This document shows, piece by piece, positions 58,934 to 64,000 of a stretch of 64,000 nt of DNA; position 1 is the stretch's first letter, and every line of letters begins with the position of its first letter. Origin of the DNA: an uncultured candidatus Porisulfidus sp. (GTDB lineage: Bacteria; Pseudomonadota; Gammaproteobacteria; Poriferisulfidales; Oxydemutatoraceae). The DNA lies in assembly GCA_965215125.1 (NCBI GenBank), contig OZ244052.1, positions 1,792,001 through 1,856,000 on the forward strand, given 5' to 3'. A program made the position numbers and the translations under genes. The notes beneath the pieces were generated by a model that did no database searches, had not been told where the DNA came from, and saw only the letters and a list, made by a program, of their open reading frames with translations.

Positions 58934-60201
58934 TATGCTTTTTTCCTCACGGTCGGGCTTATGCCCAAAGATTTTAATTTACGATACAAATGCGTTCGTT
59001 CCATGCCGGCGCGTGTCGCCAATTTTGATATATTTCCGTCTACTATACGCAATAACTGCTCAAAGTAAATACGCTCAAACGCTTCTCGCGCTTCTCGCAA
59101 CGGTTTCTGCAACAGTAAATCCATGTGCGTATCGCTACTGCGTATTTTTTTTAGTGCGAGACGTGTCTCGCTGGTTGAGATCGCCTCGTCTTTATTTTGT
59201 TGTAATAGATAAATTACTAAGTCGTCAAGTTCCTTCATATTGCTCGGCCAGGTGTGCTGACGCAGATAATTTTGTGCGGCAATAGAGAAACTTCTGTGGT
59301 TGAGCATTTTATCTGCACAATTGTAGTCTATACACGCATTGAGTATTTCCGGGATATCTTCTACATGCCCTCTAATCGGCGGGAGATATAAAACTTCTTG
59401 ATTAAATAGCTTGACCAGCGGTTTGATTAAAGTGCCGTCGTGCCCTAGTTCGTCGGGTTTTCTATCGCCGGTTGCGATAATACGTCCGACCGTATTTTGG
59501 GACAGTATTTCGGCTAAGGCTTTTTGCACTTGCGTGCTCATCGCTACAATGTCTCGGATGAGCAGGGTACTATTTGCGTCGCGTGTAATATCGCCGAGCG
59601 AATCGGCATGGATATCGGAAAGCATACAAGGCGGTGCCAATATCGTGATAGCATGGTTTGCCCGTTCCCCTAGAGAGTGTATATATTTGGCAAAACTCAC
59701 TTTGCCGGTTCCTACCTCTCCGTAAATGAACAGAGGCATATCCGATTGGGCTAGGCTTTGGGCTTGTTTGCGTAGCCGCAAAGCGGTTGCACTCGAACCT
59801 GCGAAAGTGCGTACGGTTGATATACGATTATCGGTATCGGGCAATGCGTGCTTGACGGCTTTTAATAATTTAGCCATCGTCAAAGGTTTCTCTAGAAAGG
59901 CTGTAGCTCCCAGGCGGGTAGACTCTACTGCGGTTTCTATCGTGCCGTGTCCCGACATCATAACGATAGGAAATTTATTTTCATAATGGCGCCTACATTC
60001 TTTTAATAAACTAATCCCGTCTTCTTTAGGCATCCAAATGTCCAGCAAAACGAGATCTGGCAGTTCAAGTTTCAGTCGCTTGCGTGCTTCGTCCGCATCT
60101 TTTGCGGTACTCACTCGGTAGCCTTCGTCTTCCAATATCTCCTTGACTAGCATGCGGATATCGGGTTCGTCGTCTATGACTAAAATATGATTTTCTCTCA
60201 T
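58933..60201 (-). CDS. ntrX: NtrX-like response regulator (REC + degenerate AAA+ + Fis HTH)
   Basis: LLDIWMP, MMSGHGTIETAV, GEVGTGK, LREAREAFER, GMERTHLYRKLK. Confidence 0.8.
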   Translation of the reverse strand: MRENHILVIDDEPDIRMLVKEILEDEGYRVSTAKDADEARKRLKLELPDLVLLDIWMPKEDGISLLKECRRHYENKFPIVMMSGHGTIETAVESTRLGATAFLEKPLTMAKLLKAVKHALPDTDNRISTVRTFAGSSATALRLRKQAQSLAQSDMPLFIYGEVGTGKVSFAKYIHSLGERANHAITILAPPCMLSDIHADSLGDITRDANSTLLIRDIVAMSTQVQKALAEILSQNTVGRIIATGDRKPDELGHDGTLIKPLVKLFNQEVLYLPPIRGHVEDIPEILNACIDYNCADKMLNHRSFSIAAQNYLRQHTWPSNMKELDDLVIYLLQQNKDEAISTSETRLALKKIRSSDTHMDLLLQKPLREAREAFERIYFEQLLRIVDGNISKLATRAGMERTHLYRKLKSLGISPTVRKKA

Positions 60202-62375
60202 TCTCTCCTCGTCGGTGTATCATTCAAAGATAGGGTCGTACGCAAAGTTATAAGGATAATACTACCTTTATTATTGTTTGTGTTAGTAATATAAATTTCA
60301 CCTCGATGCTCTTCCACGATTTTTTTGACGATAGCAAGCCCCAAACCCTGTCCTTTTTCCTTTGTGGTTACATAAGGTTCAAAAGCATTTGCAATAACGT
60401 CGCGACTAAAACCGGGACCGTTATCCTGCAAAGTGATTTGTATCGTATCGGGTTTGGGCATCGTCGTTGAAATGCGGACTTGCGGGTCGGGTGTTTGTTC
60501 TAAGGCCTCCAGTGCATTCGTTAACAGGTTATGTAGAAGTTGCCGTAATCGGGTTTCGTCGCCGTTGATCGTTGCCGAGGGTTCGAACGGTTGCCATTTG
60601 ATATTTATTTTGCCGGAATAACCGTAGAAATCGACGAGCTCGCTGATCAGTGCATGAAGATCAATCTCTTTTAGTTCCAAGGGCGCGTCGCCTTGGGAGA
60701 ATTGTCTGAATTCATTGACGATTTTACCCATCGCATCCACTTGATGAATGATGGTGTCCGCCGAGCGCTTGAGAAAAGCCGAGTCCGATTCGTCAAGCCG
60801 AGTGTTCAGTTTGTTTTTTAGACGCTCGGCGGATAGTCGTATCGGTGTTAAGGGGTTCTTAAACTCGTGTGCCATACGGCGCGCCACATCTTTCCATGCC
60901 CGATCTCGTTGCGCTTGCACTAAATCGCTGATGTCGTTGACGACCACCACATAGCCGCCGTCGGGCAGTTGTGCACCCCTACAAAATAGGGTTTTATTCT
61001 TTTCTGCGACACATAGATCAATTTCCCAATGTTGTTGCTGTTCGGTTTCGGCTAAATTCTCTTTTAGGGTCATATAGAATTTCTCCAGCCATTCGGCAGC
61101 GGTTGTATGTTGCAGTGATTGGTTTATCAAAGTGTCCAAAGAGACCGACAATATCTCGGATGCTGCAACATTAGCGGTCTTCAATTTCAAATCTTTGTCC
61201 AAGCTCAAAACACCGGAGGAAAGATGCTTTAGTATAGTTTCCAAATAAGCGCGTTGTTTTTCTAGCTGCATCCTGTTCGTGTCGGCAATCTCTTTCGCTT
61301 CACTTAATTTACGCGCCATGCTGTTAAACGACATTGCCAATTCACCGAGTTCGTCTTTTACGGGAACTTTAATACGCGTGTTGAGTTTACCCGCCGAGAT
61401 ATCTCTGGTGCCTTTGGCAAGTTGCAAGATAGGTGCAATAAGCCGGTGCGTATAGAAAAATGCCACCCATATCGCAAAAAGTATTGAGAATAACAAGACT
61501 AAAATTAAAGTGAGTCTAAAACTTTGTTTGAGTGCGTCGCGTAAAAAAATCAGGTTATTGTATTCGTCGTAAGCCTCTTCAACATTCCTGGTTAATCGGT
61601 TGATGCGCTCGGGCATAGGATAGAGTACCTGCAATAACCGCTTGGATCCGAGTATCTCTTCGGGTTCTACGGGTAATATCAAGCGCGCATAAAAGTTATT
61701 CCTTATTAGATCTAAACTAACATGGGGATCGCCTTGCAATACTCTGTGTACTACGGCTTCGGGCAATAAAACCGGTAGTATGTTTTCCATGTCCCCACCG
61801 TAAGAAGCTATGATCTCACGGTTGGTGTTCAGTAGAGTAATTTCGCTCAGACCGCGTTCATCGGATAGAGAGCGCAAAACAAAAGACGATAATTCGGCAG
61901 GCGTGTCGGATATTTCTTCCGCCATCGCCGCTACATCTTGTTTCATTCTTTGCAACTGCATGTTCAGCGACCAATTTCCCAGTTCCAAAGAGTTATTCAA
62001 TGCGTTCTCTACATCCACATTAAACCAGCTGTCTATGCCGTCTTCCAGCATTTGGTCGGAAAACATATAAACGATGATTGCCGGTGCCAATATGGATAAA
62101 GCCAGTATAAAACTTAAACGCAAGCGAAGTTTTGCTCCGAGTTTATGGTTATATAAATCTCGGATCAATTTTACTAGATTAACTATAACCAAACTGCCGA
62201 GTACAATCAGCATCAGTATATTAAAGGCTAGGAACCAGCCGTGATATTGATCGAAGAGTCTAGAATTTTGAGCCAAACCGCCAAGAGAGAACAAAGAAAT
62301 TAGCAGTAGTAAAAAGAGGCCTAGGATAGGCAAAAGCGGTTTTGAAAATTTATTTAGAGCGACCATTGATGCCAA
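60198..62375 (-). CDS. ntrY: NtrY-like sensor histidine kinase (HAMP, PAS, HisKA, HATPase)
   Basis: AWKDVARRMAHEFKNPLTPIRLSAERL, DNGPG, GQGLGLAIVKKI. Confidence 0.85.
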   Translation of the reverse strand: MASMVALNKFSKPLLPILGLFLLLLISLFSLGGLAQNSRLFDQYHGWFLAFNILMLIVLGSLVIVNLVKLIRDLYNHKLGAKLRLRLSFILALSILAPAIIVYMFSDQMLEDGIDSWFNVDVENALNNSLELGNWSLNMQLQRMKQDVAAMAEEISDTPAELSSFVLRSLSDERGLSEITLLNTNREIIASYGGDMENILPVLLPEAVVHRVLQGDPHVSLDLIRNNFYARLILPVEPEEILGSKRLLQVLYPMPERINRLTRNVEEAYDEYNNLIFLRDALKQSFRLTLILVLLFSILFAIWVAFFYTHRLIAPILQLAKGTRDISAGKLNTRIKVPVKDELGELAMSFNSMARKLSEAKEIADTNRMQLEKQRAYLETILKHLSSGVLSLDKDLKLKTANVAASEILSVSLDTLINQSLQHTTAAEWLEKFYMTLKENLAETEQQQHWEIDLCVAEKNKTLFCRGAQLPDGGYVVVVNDISDLVQAQRDRAWKDVARRMAHEFKNPLTPIRLSAERLKNKLNTRLDESDSAFLKRSADTIIHQVDAMGKIVNEFRQFSQGDAPLELKEIDLHALISELVDFYGYSGKINIKWQPFEPSATINGDETRLRQLLHNLLTNALEALEQTPDPQVRISTTMPKPDTIQITLQDNGPGFSRDVIANAFEPYVTTKEKGQGLGLAIVKKIVEEHRGEIYITNTNNNKGSIILITLRTTLSLNDTPTRRE

Positions 62376-62932
62376 TCCGAAGACAAAGGCTCGGGGTACG
62401 ATAGATAACTTTTAAGCCGTAGCAATAGCGGCAGGTCTGCTCTGGATAGTTTGACGCGAACCCGCATATGCGTTGCCTGAGCTAAAGCCGGCGACGACTT
62501 TTCGGTGACAGCTATGCCGTCATAACGTCCTAAGAATACCAAAGCACTTCCTAGAGAGTTAAAATTTGCCTGTTGATTTAAGTTTAGATCTTCGACTACA
62601 TAGTGCCGAGTTAAAGCGTGAAAATGCAGCTGTTTATGCCATGCCGCACTTAATAATTTTTTATTCGGCAATAATGTCCTTTTTTCAAAGATTTCAACAT
62701 CGGCAATAAAATTTAACTGGATACCGGTGTTAACCGCGGTAATCAGAAAATCGGGTAAATCAAAACTCGCCTGCATACTTAGGTATATTAGGTCGTCCTT
62801 GATGTTCGGCGACAAGTAGCTAATCGTAATAGGTGTTGTCGGATCTTTAGGCGAGACCTGTGCTTCAATAATGCCGGAGAGCGGCACAACCGACAAAGCG
62901 AAAAACCCTACATATAAGAAATGCCTGTTCAT
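62354..62932 (-). CDS. DUF4390-like exported protein upstream of ntrY
   Basis: Hydrophobic N-terminus; A..G..L.F, L.FHALTRHY.V, LSSDW; usual position before ntrYX; start moved to 62932 because the upstream part is repeat DNA. Confidence 0.65.
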   Translation of the reverse strand: MNRHFLYVGFFALSVVPLSGIIEAQVSPKDPTTPITISYLSPNIKDDLIYLSMQASFDLPDFLITAVNTGIQLNFIADVEIFEKRTLLPNKKLLSAAWHKQLHFHALTRHYVVEDLNLNQQANFNSLGSALVFLGRYDGIAVTEKSSPALAQATHMRVRVKLSRADLPLLLRLKSYLSYPEPLSSDWHQWSL

Positions 62933-62953
62933 GACTGATAAGTATAACAAATG

Positions 62954-63194
62954 GAACCGCCGTTTGTTGCAGTAGCACAAACGGCGTGACATTGTGCTGA
63001 ACCTGAGCATTGGAATGTAGGTCGGACAAACTAGGGTTTGTCCTCATAAATGCAAAGCGTTAGAGTGGGAAAATTAGTCGCTTTACATAACCCAATGATT
63101 ATTTAATTTACAGTCTTTGCACATGAACACCGACCGCCGTTTGTTGCAGTAGCACAAACGGCGTGACATTGTGCAGAACCTGAGCATTGGAATG
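62954..63194. repeat. Two copies of the intergenic hairpin repeat (62954-63059, 63133-63194)
   Basis: CCGCCGTTTGTTGCAGTAGCACAAACGGCGTGACATTGTGC.GAACCTGAGCATTGGAATG occurs twice. Confidence 0.9.
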
Positions 63195-63278
63195 ATTAGG
63201 TATTCGTTATAATGCTATATCACGATGTTTATATCAAAGTAGTAGAATCTGTATTCTTAAGTATTTACTGTCAACATA

Positions 63279-64000
63279 ATGATTAGAATTATATGTAATC
63301 TTTGGCGTGGCTTTAGGGCCTTAATACTTGCTATTTATATATTTCACATCGCACTCCGAGAATTTTATAACTATAGAAATTCGTATATAGGTGCCATTTT
63401 ATCTCGGTTCAAGGAACCGGATGAACGATTTTCTTTCTTTCTTTTTATACGAGCCGTTATACCTTCTGCAATAGCAGCTTACCAAGGGTCTCTTAAAGTA
63501 TTATCTGATAACCCGTCTCTATCGGTTCGATTTTATACGATAATCGGAGTGGCATGGTTTAGCGAAAAAATAGGTATCAATATCAAGGTGAGTTCTCCCG
63601 GTTTGGATCATCTCTTTGAAAACCTTGTATTGACACATTCACAGAAGTATCAATTTAGAGATAACAAACAATTTAGGTCTAATGCTAAGATGCTATTGGA
63701 AATTTATGCAAAAACTGTGATTCCATCCGAATACGGTTACAAAGTGATCTCAAAGTTGGCAATTAAGGGGGAATTTTCTAGCCAAGCCGACGAGTGGGCT
63801 GGTAGCAATCTGCAAGGGGATTGGATAGCTGTTCACTACAGAGGATCCGATCGTAAAGTAGTAGTTAAACATAGATTGATAGAGAAAGAATCTTATATCG
63901 CTTATCTAAAAGAGGTTTTGGATGATCATTGTAATATCTTTGCTTGTTCCGATCAGGCGCAATTCATTGATCAAATAAAAGGGGCATTCCCCGGTAGAGT
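63279..64000 (+). CDS. Third NodZ-like fucosyltransferase paralog, 3'-truncated by window edge (not in ORF track)
   Basis: My translation from ATG 63279: IIGVAWF.EK, EYGYKVISKL, GDWIAVHYRGSD, YLKEVLDDHCNIFACSDQAQFID. Confidence 0.8.
   Translation, partial: MIRIICNLWRGFRALILAIYIFHIALREFYNYRNSYIGAILSRFKEPDERFSFFLFIRAVIPSAIAAYQGSLKVLSDNPSLSVRFYTIIGVAWFSEKIGINIKVSSPGLDHLFENLVLTHSQKYQFRDNKQFRSNAKMLLEIYAKTVIPSEYGYKVISKLAIKGEFSSQADEWAGSNLQGDWIAVHYRGSDRKVVVKHRLIEKESYIAYLKEVLDDHCNIFACSDQAQFIDQIKGAFPGR

Noticed and set aside
62933-63010. N-terminal extension of the DUF4390-like ORF
   Set aside because: Mostly intergenic repeat DNA; real start is probably 62932.

Overview
Gammaproteobacterial chromosome segment (lineage inferred from gene content). 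It mixes housekeeping operons (lepB-rnc-era-pdxJ-acpS; rpsP-trmD-rplS-tRNA-Gly-trpS-scpAB-rluB-ilvB; pepA-valS-ygfZ; lptFG; gltB-dnaG; ntrYX-trkAH) with AT-richer cell-surface loci. The best candidate for a new system is at 32.3-36.7 kb. Two divergent paralogous porin genes flank a tyrosine recombinase. A perfect 17-bp inverted repeat (CTTAAGAGTAACAAACT, 33654-33670 and 34995-35011) lies inside the first codons of both porins. The 1.36-kb segment it bounds holds the recombinase plus the only clear promoter, RBS and ATG, so inversion would switch expression from one porin to the other. Other candidate surface-variation features: a T11 tract in the promoter spacer of a 2070-aa GLUG-repeat surface protein; an (AT)8 tract inside a GT25 glycosyltransferase; tandem paralog pairs of sulfotransferases, GT25s, NodZ-like fucosyltransferases and LPS-kinase-like genes; relics of genes ending in KVFLEGPLQ. 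Also present: an orphan 5S rRNA, tRNA-Gly(CCC), two IS3-family elements, three DUF1640-like paralogs, a modular intergenic hairpin-repeat family with compensatory base changes, and several canonical operons lacking a usual member. All calls come from reading the sequence; no searches were run.
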